The notes below the pieces were generated by a model. The model saw nothing but the letters and a program-made list of their open reading frames with translations. It searched no databases and had not been told where the DNA came from. 64,000 nucleotides of DNA from Callorhinchus milii (lineage: Eukaryota). Positions 25,137 to 38,337 of this stretch are shown one piece after another (positions within the stretch are counted from its first letter, which is position 1; every line of letters begins with the position of its first letter). Where the stretch lies: assembly GCF_018977255.1 (NCBI RefSeq), contig NW_024704743.1:109990001-110054000 (forward strand). Direction: 5' to 3'. The translations under genes were made by a program, and so were the position numbers.

Positions 25137-25844
25137 CCTGTAGAAGGAGAACGAGCTAGGTGAAGGGATACAGAGAGAAGTTTCAGAGAGGCTGGTGCTG
25201 AAGGCTCAGCGACCATGTGCAATGATGTAGGAGAGTGATGAATGGGATCTTTTGGGGAATTTACAGAAAACCTTGAGGGAAGGCTGTGGCTATGTTGCTC
25301 TTTGTAGAACAATGTACTGAGAGTTGTTCAAGTGGAATGTTCTGAGGGCTAAACATGTTCTTCCATCTGGTGTCATATGATAGCACTAAAGTGTCCAGTA
25401 CACATACTGGAGCATCTCGCTCGGGCTGACAATCATTTATTTTTAGATCTCTGGGAAGAGAACGCAGAGTTGAAGGGCCACTACCATACAATAAACACCA
25501 CCCTTTCATTGCCTGTCCCCTCCCTTCTTCATCTGAGCCTTTCTTGTAATCCTAATATTGCACGTGTCATCTCAAAGAGCGATCTCAGTAAATGCTGCCA
25601 AAGGTACGTGTAGAGTGACCTTTCCGAGAGCGGGCTGTCAGAGTTCAGAGGTCAGGAAGTATTCCGATGGCAAGCTGAGCTCTGTGTTATCTGGTGAAAC
25701 CTCAGCTGCTGCTCCCGCATGTTCTGCAACTCCCTCTTTGTACCCCCCGATTCATCCCTCTCTGTCTGTTTTCCCACCTGACCACACCTATCTCTCCATC
25801 TCCCATTTCCCTCTCCTTACTCAGCGTTCGAAAATGGTCCATTC

Positions 25845-26007
25845 ACATTTTCAATACAGAGGTAAATAGATATTTGTTAGGTCAGGATATTAAGGGATAT
25901 GGGGCAAGGCGGGTAACTGGACTTGAGGTACTCGAGATGATCTTATACAATGGCGGAACAAGCTCGAGGGGCTGAATTTCCTACTGTGTGTCTATGTTTC
26001 TATGTTT
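25845..26007 (+). mobile_element. CR1 3' end
   Basis: gaggtaaatagatatttg..attaagggatatggg..gctcgaggggctgaa..tctatgtttctatg. Confidence 0.8.
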
Positions 26008-26299
26008 TAAAGCGTTCTGAGATGTTGTTACGTGAAGCTCACTATATAAATGCTAGTTGTAGTTGTTGTCATTGGATAAAATTCATAAAGGCAGCCCTGG
26101 CCCATAGTCAAGGTGATGCACAAGGGCTTACTTTACCGCAGGATGGAAATTAACAAGTCAGGTCTTCGATGCCTCTCATTAACATTCATTAGTCCAGTCA
26201 TCACATTCTTTCCAATTGTCTGAAAAAAAAATTCACGGACTCAGATTCTTTCGCCCTTTAAATGCACTTGATGAAGTTTGGTGATGTTTGAGGAGGTAA

Positions 26300-26742
26300 A
26301 ATAATAAATATAATCCATACATTTGATACAGCACCTACAAGGTCAAAACATCTGAAAGCGCTTCACAAGTATTTGATGTCAAACAAATTAACTGTGCATT
26401 TGGAGTCAAGCATGGCAGACAATTTGCGCACAGCAGCATCCCACAAACAGCCCTGAAGAAAGTAGTCAATTCACCTGGAGGATTGTTGGCCAAGACACCA
26501 GGAACAACTTCCTTTTTTTGAAATGGTATCCCGGGATCTTTAAAGCTCACCTAAACAGACCAGAACAGATGGGCATATATTGGTTTAACATCTCATCTGA
26601 AGGATGACACCTCCAACAATGCAATGCACAGCACTGAACTGCATGCAGTGTTAGCCTTGGATTTTGAGCTCAAAGTCCTGGCGTGGGTCTTGAACTCATA
26701 ACTTCTTAATTGAAAGTCCTATCAACCGAGCCATGTTGACAT
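26300..26742 (-). mobile_element. Deu-type SINE, near full length
   Basis: gttggccaagacaccagg..gggatctttaa..tttaacatctcatctgaaggatgacacctccaacaatgca..cttgaactc. Confidence 0.82.
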
Positions 26743-26923
26743 GTAATGTAGGAAATCCTGCTTTTCACACACTTGAAATTGCAGGAGAAAAATTGGCCAA
26801 ATGAGAATTTTCTTTAAAAAAACATTAATTTGTAATTTATTCATTTGAATGTTCTGAGAAACAGAAATTTTCAGCACTCTGAGACATTTCAGCAATGTGA
26901 TAAAGTTCTCCAGCTATTGATGC

Positions 26924-28273
26924 ATCTCCAACCACCCTTTCTTTTCCAAGATCTTGGAACAAGTCGTTGCTTCCCAGCTATACTCTTCCTTTCCTGCCAC
27001 AAATCCCTTCAATCAGATGTCCGTGCCGCCCACAGCCCAGAAACAGTCCTGGTCAAAATGACAAATAACATTTTGTCCATCTGTGACCAGGGCTCCTTCT
27101 GCCTCCTTGCCCTCCTTGACCTCTCTCATGCCTTTTATACTGTTGACCACTCTAGCATCCTCCACCACCTCTGCTCTCACCTCAACCTTCATGGTTCAGT
27201 CCTAGACTGGTTCAAATCCTACCTTTCACACCATCTCCACTTTGTCTCCACAAATGGCTTCTCCTCCAACTCCTGCACCATCTTGTGCAGTGTTCCTCAG
27301 GGCTCTGTCCTTGGTCCCCTTCTCTTCAACATATACATGCTCCATCTTGGTGTCATCATCCGCAGACATGGAGTCAACATGTACGCGGATGACACCCAAT
27401 TCTATCTCTCTGCCTCCACCCTAGACTCTAGGACCGATGTCTGTCAGACAACAAGTGCTGGATGAGAGCTAACTTTCTCCAGTTGAGCTTCAACTGATTG
27501 GCTCCAATGAGCGCCTCCACACCTCAGGCACTGGCAGCATCACCACACATGGATGCACACTCCACCTCACTGAGTCAGTCGAAAAACTTGGCGGCTTATT
27601 TGACCCTCAACTGTCCTTTCTACCCCAAATTTGTGTCATGACCCTCTCCGCAACATCGGCGGCTCCACCACTGCCTCTCCCCTCAAGCTACCGAATCACA
27701 TTTATCACATTTAGGCTCGACTACACCAACTCCCTGCTTGTCAGCCTTCCCAACTCTTCACTCCACAAGCTGCAGATCATCCAGACCTCTGCAGCTCATG
27801 TCCTCTCCCACACCAGGCTCTGTGACCCCATCAGCCCCACCTTCATTTGGCTCCACTGGCTCCCCATTCCCCCAGAGGATAGAATTCAAAATCCTCATTC
27901 TCGCCTTCAAGGCCCTCTATGGCCTTGCCTTCTCCTACCTCTGTGTCCTGCTAACCCCACTCTCTGGCTCTGGCCTGCTGCATGTCACTTGCCCGCCCCC
28001 CCCCCCACCCCCCACCCCACCATTGGTGGTCAGAGCTTCAGCCTCTCTGACCCCACCCTTTGGAACTCCATTCCCAAAGTCTCTTCACCCTCCCTTGCCT
28101 CCTTCAAGACCCTCCTCTTTGACAGTGCTTTGGTCATCCTCCTACCTTACCCTCCCTGTACTCCACGCACCCTAATCTCAACCACCAGCTCGGGTCCAAA
28201 TCCCTAACTGTCCAGCGCCTTGTGACGTCCTCTTGTCGTGAACGGAGCTATATATTTGTAATCTGTTGTTGTT
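26924..28273 (+). mobile_element. L2-clade LINE, 5'-truncated, with RT domain (decayed)
   Basis: ORF 26845-27465: [44 protein letters not shown]; downstream frameshifts; tail gtaatctgttgttgtt. Confidence 0.95.
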
Positions 28274-29284
28274 ATATCAAGTGCAAGGATGGGATTATTT
28301 TGAATCCCCTCTTATCATTCGCCTCAGTTTATGATGCATAAGATGTCTGTACACATGAAGGAGAAGGAGTATTGGTGAGGGTATGGAGACGCGTGAGGCG
28401 TATAAGCATCAGCCAGGACTAGTTGAGACGTATTGCCTGTTTCCGTTCCACTCTATGCAACTGTCTAGTGCGCTGCCTTGCATTTGCAGACAATCTGTAT
28501 CCCTCCCTCCCTCTCCTTTAATCCATCTCCTCCATCTCGTGCTCTCTCCTTTGCCTTCCTTTTGTGCAATTCAAATGGCCTCACTTGCAAATACACAGTC
28601 ACTACACTTAACAGTAATTACTGTGTAACACTTTGAATTGTTGCGATGTGTTAGGCGCTGCATCGAATACAGGGATTAATCTCCAGTAGAATTCAAGCAC
28701 AGTTTTAAAAACAACAATAATCCTTCCAAAGCGATTCACAGGATATACTATAAAGTGGATTGATTGTGTATTTTGTGAGCGAAATGAACACAATTGTTCA
28801 TTCTTTGATCGTCAGAGGTGCCAGAAATTTTAAAGAGGCCCCACAGAGCAGTGAAGTTGGAAATATTGATGTTCAGTAATGTGCTCGGAGTTTTACTAAT
28901 TCGTGGTCAGCGGGAGCATTCCACAGGGCTTGGTGCAGAATGTGACTGAATTTTGTCCGTAAACTGAGCTGTCTGCAGTGCAGGGACTTCAGCAGCAACT
29001 CTCTACTAGGTCTGATCAGGGAGACTGTGAATATAAAAGAGGCTGTCCCTAGCATGTGTGAGCAGCAACCGCACTGGAAATCAGAGGCCATGAGGTTCTC
29101 CTGAAATTCCTAAAAGTAACTTAAGACTGGATTTAAAAATACCCACAATTCTGCATGATTTTAAATTGGTCTCTGAGGCATTTCAGTGTGATAAGGTGCT
29201 AAAAGTGCAAGCCCTCTGCTGACCAGATTTCCTTTTAAATAGCATCCAATGGAGTAAAATTTGTGATGTTTCATAGTGTTGTCC

Positions 29285-30743
29285 TTGTGTTGTTCCTCAG
29301 AACTCTGTGCTTGGTCCCCTTCTCTTCAATATATATATGCTCCCTCTTGGTGACATCATCCGCAGACATGGGGTCAACTTCCACATGTGTGCGGATGACA
29401 CCCAACTCTATCTCTCTGCCTCCACCCTTGACTCCAGGACCATTGCTTTCCTGAAAGAATGTCTGTCAGACATCAAGTCCTAGATGAGAGCTAATTTTCT
29501 TTTGTTGAACGTCAACAAGACTGAGTCCCTCCTGATTGACTCCCGTCAGCACCTCCACACCTCAGGCACTGACAGTATCACCATCCAAGGATGCACACTC
29601 CACCTTACTTAGCCAGTCCAGAACCTTGGGGTCTTGTTTGACCCTCAACTATCCTTTCTACCCCACATCCATGCCATGACCCGCTCTGCCATCCCCCACC
29701 TCCACAACATCGCCCGGCTCTGCCACTGTCTCACTCCACAGACCGCCAAAACCCTCATACGCACATTCATAACATCCAGGCTTGACTATGCAAACTCCTT
29801 GCTTGTCGGCCTCCCCAACTCCTCCCTCCAAAGGCTGCAGATTATCCAGAACTCTGCAGCTCATGTCCTCTCCCGCCCCAGGCTCCATGACCCTATCAAC
29901 GCCATCCATGCCCGACTCCACTGGCTTCCCATCACACAGAGGATACAGTTCAAGATTCTGGTCCTCACTTCAAAGCCCTCCATGGCCCTACTCCCCCTTA
30001 CCTCTATGACCTTCTAACCCCCTACCTTGCCCACTCCTTCCGCTCAGCGGGCTCTGGCCTGCTTCACATTCCCTGCCTCACCTGCCCCACCATTGTCAGG
30101 AGGGCCTTCAGCCTCTCTGCCTCCACCCTCTGGAACTCCATCCTGCAGAACCTTCAGCTCGCCCCTTCCCTTGCCTCCTTCAAGATCCATCTCAAGACCC
30201 TCCTGTTCGACCGTGCTTTCGATCACCCTTCTGCTTGCCCCCTCCTACCCCTCTGACCTGCCCACTCCCTACCAACCTGCCCGCTCCCTCCGTTCATCGG
30301 GTTCCGGCCTGCTCCATGTCTCCCGCCCCACCCGCCCTACCATCGGTGGCCGGGCTTTCAGTCTCTCTGCCCCCACACTCTGGAACTCCATCCCACGGTC
30401 CCTTCGCCTCGCTTCCTCCCTTGCCTCCTTCAAGGCCGGTCTCAAGACCCTTCTCTTCGACCGTGCCTTTAGTCTCCCTCCCACTTCTCTGCCTTCCCTC
30501 AACCCTACACGCCCCCTCCCCCATGCTCGGGCCCCGACACCTGTCTGTTCAGCGCTTTGGGACATCCTCCCGACGTGAAAGGCGCTCTGTAAATTTAATT
30601 TTGTGGTGGTTGTTGTTGTTGCTCCCTCCGCCCTCCAGCCTCCCTATCCCGACCCTCAGCTTGTGCCCGAAATACTGATTATCCGTGCCTTGGGACCTCC
30701 TTCCAGCTTGAAAGGCGCTATACAAATGTAATTTTGTTGTTGT
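29285..30743 (+). mobile_element. L2-clade LINE, 5'-truncated, with a nested L2 in its 3' UTR
   Basis: tgtgcggatgacacc (CADDT); FDPQLSFLPHI..FITSRLDYANSLL..LHWLP; tail completed at 30622-30743. Confidence 0.93.
30234..30621 (+). mobile_element. Second L2 3' fragment nested in the first
   Basis: APSY..RSLRSSGSGLL..TIGGRAFS..LWNSIP..FKAGLKTLLF, with its own tail (GTT)n ending at 30621. Confidence 0.9.
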
Positions 30744-31104
30744 TAATTAGCACAAGTTAAGAAATGCTAAATAACCCAGGTTATTTGGTAACTAACTGAT
30801 ATTGGAAAGGCGGCAGGAAGACAGTACTCAAGTAAGATGAGGCGACATCATCTTCCCATGTTTGGAAGTCTGGGATGTGAATACAATAAAGTCTCTTATT
30901 TCATGACTCTGAGTCAGTATTGGATGATTAATGAAGCAAACTGCAGTACAAAACTGGTGCAAGGTGACCTTCGATCAGACAGCTATACCGCAGGAAATGA
31001 AAGGAAGAGGCTAAAGTGGAGAGTGGCTGCTTGCTCTTTGTCAAACTTCAGCAATTCAGAAACACAGGAGTCAAATGTAAATTTGTTTTCAGTTTGTGAT
31101 TTGT

Positions 31105-31400
31105 CCAGGCTGACACTCCAGTTCAGTGCTAAAGGCGTGCTGGACCTTCAGAGGTGCCAGAGGTGTTAAACTAAGGACTGGTCTGCCTGTTGATCAGGTG
31201 GACATTAATGATCGCACACCACTCTTGGGAAAGGAAAGAGACTTTCTCCCCATGTCCTGGTCAACAAATCTACCAGATAACTTGGGTTATTATCTCACGG
31301 TTGTGATATCTTGCTGTATGTAAAACGTCTACCTACAAAAACACCAGAAACTGCACTTAAATAATTACTGTAAAGTGTTTTGAGATTTTTTTCACAATGT
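31105..31400 (+). mobile_element. Deu-type SINE
   Basis: ggctgacactccag..gaggtgcc..caggtggacattaatgatc..tgtcctggtcaac. Confidence 0.75.
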
Positions 31401-31724
31401 TAATTCACCATGAAGTTTGCAATCAACCTAACAGAGCTACTTTGCTCCCATAGTAAACCCCACTGTGTACCTTAGATGTAAGTGGGGCAGTTTTCACCAC
31501 TGGTTGCTGAGTTCAAATTACAGGTCATACAGTAAGAAAGAAGTTTGATTGTATAATGCCTTACCATGTGGTTTATAAGTAACACTTTATCAAAAGTAAT
31601 ATTCAATCTAAAGATTATTGGAATAGTCCACAGATGACAAAGTCCCGTTCCAGAACAGCGGGAGAAACTCCCTTCTCCTTTTCAATAGTGCTTTAGGATA
31701 ACTTGGTCATTCATCTCATGGCTT

Positions 31725-31952
31725 GTAGTGAGTTGTTACAGTCTGGAATGCACTGCCTGAAAGTGTGGGGAAACAGATTCAATAACAACTTTCAAAAAGC
31801 AACTAGATAGGTACTTGAAGAGGAAACATTTGCAAGGATATGTGGAAAGAGCAGGGGAGAAGGACTGACTGGGTAGCTTTCCCAAAGAGCTGTCACAGGC
31901 ATGATGGGCCGAATAGCCTCCTACTGTGTTCTAATATTCTATGATTCTATGA
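31725..31952 (+). mobile_element. CR1 3' end
   Basis: tggaatgcactgcctg (WNALP)..atgggccgaatagcctc..ttctatgattctatga. Confidence 0.88.
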
Positions 31953-33689
31953 TAATTAACATTTGAAGGACTGCACCAGCCTGACTTTGACCTCATGTCC
32001 CAACATGGGGCTTGAACCCACAACTTGACCCCCTTTGCAAATACTGTCTGGCTAGCTTCCTGCTGTTTCTCCAGCTAGGACCATCCTGCTCATTTAGGGC
32101 TTTGGTGCTATACACATGTAATTTGTAATTGTTTGCGGTAAATCCTGTGAAGTGCTTTGGGACATTCTCCTCATGCTAAAGATGCTACACCAAATGCAAG
32201 AATTATTATTATTATATAGCTCCTCTTTTTTATCCCCCTCTCCTATACTGACCTCTTCCCGCACGTTGACAAGATAACTTAGTTCACATTCAAAGAAGCC
32301 GCCCTGCATGCAGCTGTGATATTTCTATTGCTGTTCTTCAGAATTGCCCTTATTTCCTAGTCTGTGTGAACGAGCGCTTTGTGACCGTGGTCCTGAACAC
32401 AGCAAATCTCCCTTTCAGTGTCCCGTTGCCAAGGTGAGGGCTGATAAATAGAATAGTGAGATGCAAGTATACAGCCTTCCCTGCACATTATTCTGCACGG
32501 GGGGGTGGGAGGGGGAGAGCAGGGCTGACAAGAATCATTGAGACATCACCTGGTCAGCACATCTTGCGCCAAAATAGGGCTGTAAATTCAAACCTTTGAG
32601 CATTCAGTTTGTTTAAAATCATTCCTAAGCTTTTTTTTATTGGATGAATTAAAGCACATTTTTATAATGCTGGGTCATGTTGGGAAGATCACAAAATGCT
32701 ACGTAGATAGAACACCATTAAATGTTTGTTGGCAAATTGGATCTCAGCATTTTGCGCACAGAGAGACCTCACAAGTGATTGAACTATCTGCAGGTTTGCC
32801 ATACTACCCCTCCCTATATCTGATTTCCTACCATCCCATCTTTGGTAAAGTGCTTTGAAATGCCTTTGTGTATAAACACATTTTGGGGCAGATTTGATCA
32901 GACCACATCATGTAGACTGAATGCAAGAGTCTTTGTACTGCACACCAATACCTGCAGTGCATAGAAGAGTCAGCATGACTGAAAGGTTGCTCATGGATGG
33001 TGGGGTGGATCAGATGGAGTACATGAACAGACCAGTGTTGGTTGAGGGCAACGGTGAGACCTAAATTTCCCCGTGAGACCTGTTTTGAGTTCATACTTAA
33101 AGTGGTGCAGAACTGCAGAATATTCTTCATTTGATACAGAATTTTTTCCACTGAGTGATGAGCTTGTGATGAGAGAAATCAGTTTAAAATGGTTACAAAT
33201 GGAGCAAACGGTGAGATTAGCAGTCATTTTTTTAAGGAGACAATTTTTGTGATGTGGAATACCCTGCTGGGTAGAGGCATGATCCATATTGGCTTTCAAT
33301 AGGCAACCAGATGGAAATTTGTCCACAAATACACAGTCATTGAACTTCACAGTAAAATCCTGTGAAATCACAGAACCATAACTATTTATGGTTCTGTATA
33401 TATAATCCATTCAGTTCCATTGACCTGCCCTTTCCCTATACCCATGTAGTTGACTCCTTTTAAGGTATTTATCTAGTTCCCTTTTGAAAGCCAAAATGGA
33501 TTCTACTCGACAATGTGATAAGGCGCTATATCAAATTCAAGGATCATTATATCTAAAACTGAATCAATCGTAAGGATATTGGCAGGTTAATGGGAGTGAA
33601 TGGTTTGCTCTTTCAAAGAAGCAGCACAGACACAATGGCCAAAAGGCTTTTTCTGTACTGTAAAGTTCTATGTAGTTCATGCAGAATCA

Positions 33690-34038
33690 AGAATGTCTCA
33701 AACATTTCACTGGTAAATGGTGTCATATTTCATGACTGTAGGTAAATATGGCAGCCAACTTGGGACACCAATGTCCCACAAACAGCCATGACATGTTTTC
33801 TAGGGCTTGTTGGCCAGGACATTGAGAGAAACTCTCTTCGCTTTTCAAGTAGTGTCATGGGAGTTTTAAACAGGCAGATGGGACATTGGTTTAATATTTC
33901 ATTGGAAGAATGTTATTTTCAATAGTGCAACACTCCCACCCAGTAGTGTCATCTTAGACTGTGAGTTCAAAGTCCCAACATTGGACTAAGACTCATGACC
34001 TTCTGATGCAGAGCTGAGAGCGCTACAAACTGAGCTAA
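33690..34038 (-). mobile_element. Deu-type SINE
   Basis: gttggccaggacattgag..tagtgtcatggga..ccttctgatgcagagctgagagcgctacaaactgagc. Confidence 0.75.
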
Positions 34039-35464
34039 ATGTAGATAAATGGAAGGTGGGGTAGCAGAGTAATCCATTGTTGTTCCTGAGAATTTGTTAT
34101 GACCACTTCAAAAGGCTTTAAAGTTGGGAATATTTTTGGAGAAGCTGCTGGTTGAAAAATGCTGGCAGATGTAAACCACTGAAAACAGGCCAGAGAAATG
34201 TTTTTATATTATTATTATTGAAGGAAATATTTTTTCCTTAATTTTAATTGCAATCTTGCTCTGTTTAAAAACTTTCATTTTGTCACCAGCCAATGAACTT
34301 CCGATTGTCAAAGAAAACTCATTTTCGGTGAAATAGACTTTTCATTGACTTGCTGCACTCCACCACAATGAAGACGTCAAATCCATTCGCCTTATGTTCC
34401 ATTGACAATGATGGACTGGCTTCCTAATAGTTTAATGCGCACTTCAAAAGTCCATTTAATAAAGGACTCTGTGTAAATTTGCCAGCTGTGTCAAAAAGGC
34501 ATCACTGTTATTATAAATTTTGTTCGACTAAAATCCATACCTCGGGTAAATACTTATTAAAAAACAGTTTCTCTTCTAGTCTGTTCCAGTCTTGTGGATT
34601 GCCATCTGCTTTGACTGCTAGTTGACACACTCAGTTAGTTAGCTCCCCCAGTAACACAGTGCCAGCCAAGACTAGAAGCTCAAACATAGGGCAAGTTTCT
34701 GACCTGGGGGAGGGGTGCGAGAGAGCTACCAACTGAGCCAAATTATTTTACACTTCAGTAATCTGAATAGATATGTGAGTCCAAGTGTCGCACATTCTTC
34801 CCACTGGTTCCCACTGGTTCCAAATCTTCACCATTTCTTGTTTCAGATTTTCTGCACGTGCAACCTTCATGTTCTCTCAACTTAAAGGATTTCTCCGATG
34901 GTATGGTGTATCCAGTCAACAACTAGTTACTGAGTCATTGGAAGCCATGATGGCTGAGCTGAGGGGAACAACGAAGAACTGAATTGCCAGAAAATGCTAT
35001 TAGCTTCCTCTAGGTTAGGAGGCAGGAGAATCAAAAAGGGTTCACGCTCCTGATCAATGATTAAAGACCAGGCTTGGATGTGATGCATCCAGCTTTCAAA
35101 TAAGGCCAGTTGATCTTATTCTGCCAGGAAACACAAACCTACCCTCATCCCATCACAGTATCAAACTGTTTCTAATATGAGTCCTTTAGTACTAGATTCT
35201 ACCACCCTTCCTGGTGACCTATCCCACCTGTTGTTTGTCTAAAGCACAAATAAATACATCAAAATTTGATCTTTACACCCCTTTACTTCAGGCTTCTTGT
35301 GCTGTTGCCTTGTTGTATCTGAAAGTATTGTTCTGGGATTACTTTGGAGAATTTATGGACCTCCCTAAGATTCTCTGTGAAGGGTCTCTTTTCACATCCC
35401 AAGCGCCCTATCTTTCCTAGGGATCCTGGCATTTGGTGTTAGCCTGGATCTCTGAACACATCTC

Positions 35465-35830
35465 TGGGTCACAATGTTGTGGGTTCAGAGATCTATATAG
35501 GGACTTTCAGTTCATAATCTATGCTGACCCTCCAATGTATTATGTTGCATTGTCGGAGGCACGTTCCTTCAGGCAGGATGTTAAATCAAAGGTCCATCTT
35601 CCTGTTCAGGTGGTTGTTAAAGATTCCATAGCACTATTTAAAAAAGAGAGTTTCTTCCACAGTGTTTTGGCCAACAATCCCCCAGATAAAGTTGATCATT
35701 CTGGCTGTTTGCAGGATATCACCACACAAATTGGCTGCTGTGTTTGGCTACAAAATGCACAGCAACTCCTTAGAAGTACTTTGAGACTTCTCAAAGACAT
35801 ATATACTATATAAAATGCAAGAATTATTAT
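35465..35830 (+). mobile_element. Deu-type SINE
   Basis: gcattgtcggaggcacgttccttcagg..ctgttcaggtggttgttaaagattccatagcactattt. Confidence 0.8.
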
Positions 35831-35834
35831 AACA

Positions 35835-36197
35835 ATAATAATAATCCTTGTATTTGATATAGCGCTTTTTATGTCTTCTAGACGTCTCAAAGCGCTTCAC
35901 AGAATATACTGTGAAGTGAATTGACTATATTTGTGGTCAAACCGCAGCAGCCAATTGCGCACAGCAGTGTCCCATAAATAGTCATGGATTGAGTGACCAA
36001 ATTATTATTGTTTTTTTTGTTGGTTTTTTTGAGGGATTATTATCCCCGGAAAAGCGATCTGTCAATCGACAAACAACCGGGTGCCTACTTACTGCTAGGT
36101 AAACAGAGCTGTGTGGAGTAAGGAAACTTGCCCAATATTTTGCCCAGATCTCTCGCTTGCGAGGCAACTCGTCTAACCACTGAGCTGCAGGACTCCA
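35835..36197 (-). mobile_element. tRNA-Ala SINE long variant, tail-to-tail with the Deu SINE
   Basis: Head cactgagctgcaggactcc; internal segment; caaga(a/ca)ttattata on both flanks. Confidence 0.9.
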
Positions 36198-36879
36198 CAA
36201 GACATTATTATATTCATAATAATACTAATAATAATTAATAATACTCCACAAGATATTATTATAGTTATTTCTGTTCCCTTTGGTACAAGATTAGCCTAAC
36301 TGCTCCTCTTTAGGAGGCCTGAAGGGCTTCCTTGCTACATCTCTTCCTTATGTTGTAAGAACATAACAAGATTACATGATGGCACTCAGTAATATTGATA
36401 TTGCACTGGAAACAAATTAAATCCATGTCCTATTGTTCCTTCATGGCTGGTGATTTATCATTTTTGATTAATTATTTCTCATTTCTCCTTTGAGTATGTT
36501 TTACATGGGATCGCTTTTGAAAGGCTATTGTTCAGTCCGATGGAGGAATCCATTTTTTTTCTCTCTCTCTATTAAAAACAAAAGCAAAGCTGCCATTTTA
36601 AAGGTTAATTTCAATGCTAATTAATGACATGCCACGTGAACTTCTTGCGCTTTTCAGATCCGACCCGAGATGAACGTTCAATTAAATTATTTTTGAATCC
36701 ATTGCATTCAAAGATTTTCCTTCAGCTTGGCTTGTATGTCAAATTCAGGGATTATTGGAATGCAGGAAATTCAGATGATTTGACCTTATCCTTGACCAAT
36801 ACTGAGCTACCATCCTTCTATTACAGCATAAGGTTGGTTCTTAAACATCCAGATTTCTGGCGTCAACCACCTTTCCAAG

Positions 36880-37055
36880 CAACCCCTGTTCCATTCATTA
36901 ATTACCCTCTGGATAAAGTAATATTTCCTGCTTCCTGCTGTCTTAAAATTGCAACCCTGAATCTGTGTCCTTGTGTTCTGCTGCCTTAAAGTATCTGAAA
37001 GTATTGTTTCTGGTTTATTTTCTCAATCCTGTTTATATAAGACCCATTCTTCCTA
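36880..37055 (-). mobile_element. CR1 ORF2 3' fragment
   Basis: ctgtgtccttgtgttct (RTQGH), gttcca..ctctggataaag. Confidence 0.65.
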
Positions 37056-37334
37056 CATTATAAGGAATGAAGCAACTTATGACATTAACAAGCAGATCAC
37101 TTGATGTGCCCAATGGTCTGTTCTCACACAATGGGGTAACTGAGCTGTTCTGATTGCTCAATCAAATACCACTGTGCTGTATTACACAGAGAGATGAATT
37201 TGCGAAATGAACGACCCAGGGAGGCAGTGGAAGCAGATTATGTCAGCAAATTTAAGAGGGAATTAGAAAGATATTTGGCAAAGAAAATAATACATTGCCT
37301 CATCCATTGGCTCAGCATGTACTTTGCTTGTCTT

Positions 37335-37978
37335 TCAGGTGGATGTGAAAGATCCCATGAGACTTATTTGTAAAGAGAAGTGAGTTTGTCCTAGCCAACA
37401 ATGCTTTGGATAAAATTGCTCATTCATTCTCTAGCTGGTCTGAATGGCCTGTTTCCATGCTGTGTCAATCTATGCAACTTTGCGGCTCTTTGTGGGACAT
37501 TGTTGTGTACACATTGGCGGCTGTGTCTGCCTGTAAATACACAGTCACTGCACTTTAGAGTAAATCCTGTGAAGGACCTTACAGGAATGTCAAATGTTGA
37601 AATGCTTCGATGAAGCGATAAAGTGCTACATCAAATACAATGATTTTTAAAAGTGTAGTGACTGTGTATTTACACAGTAAATGTAGGCAAGGATCGCAGT
37701 TATTCTGCAACAACAAGGTGTCTTGGGGCAATTGACCAATTTATTAGGGGGTTGTTGATTGAGACCCTGGCTTCTCTTTTCAACTAGTGTTAAGATTTCT
37801 TTAACCCACCTGAACAGGTAGATGGGATTTCAGTTTAACGTCTCATCCAAAGGATGGCACCTCTGACCGTGCAGGGCTCCCCCAGCACTACACTGAAGTG
37901 TCAGTTCGGACTTAGTGCTCAACATCCTGTGATGGGGTTCGTTCCCACAACCTTGTGAAGCAGAGTCGAGAGCGCTAT
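37335..37978. mobile_element. Two Deu-type SINEs tail-to-tail (+ 37335-37645; - 37650-37978)
   Basis: caggtggatgtgaaagatcccatg (+); cacctgaacagg..tttaacgtctcatccaaaggatggcacctc (-). Confidence 0.78.
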
Positions 37979-38337
37979 GGATTCAATCACAAATTGGCTA
38001 AAATAAAGATCTGTTTGTCTGTATTTATGATCAGGGATGTCATTATCTTTGGGTGATTGTCTTTGGGGTCAGAATTACAAATAGCAAATTAAAGGAAGTA
38101 CCGTATTCATTTTCACTTAGTAAGCCTCATCTACATGAACATATGGACCATGATGCTTGTGCATGTTATACAGCTCGTGATACAGATAAAGACTTCATAT
38201 GAAAGCAAGAGATTAATAGTTTACCCAACTAGACCTCAGCAAAGGCCTCAAATTTCATCTAGCCTTAGTGACCGTGAGACCATTTGGTCTGAGGTTTAAG
38301 GTGGACAAAGAATTGTGGCAAAACCTTATATTCATTG

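Noticed and set aside
26845..27465. 206 aa YADD ORF as a retron, DGR or novel RT system
   Set aside because: Canonical L2-clade motifs, a premature stop, and a normal L2 3' tail downstream.
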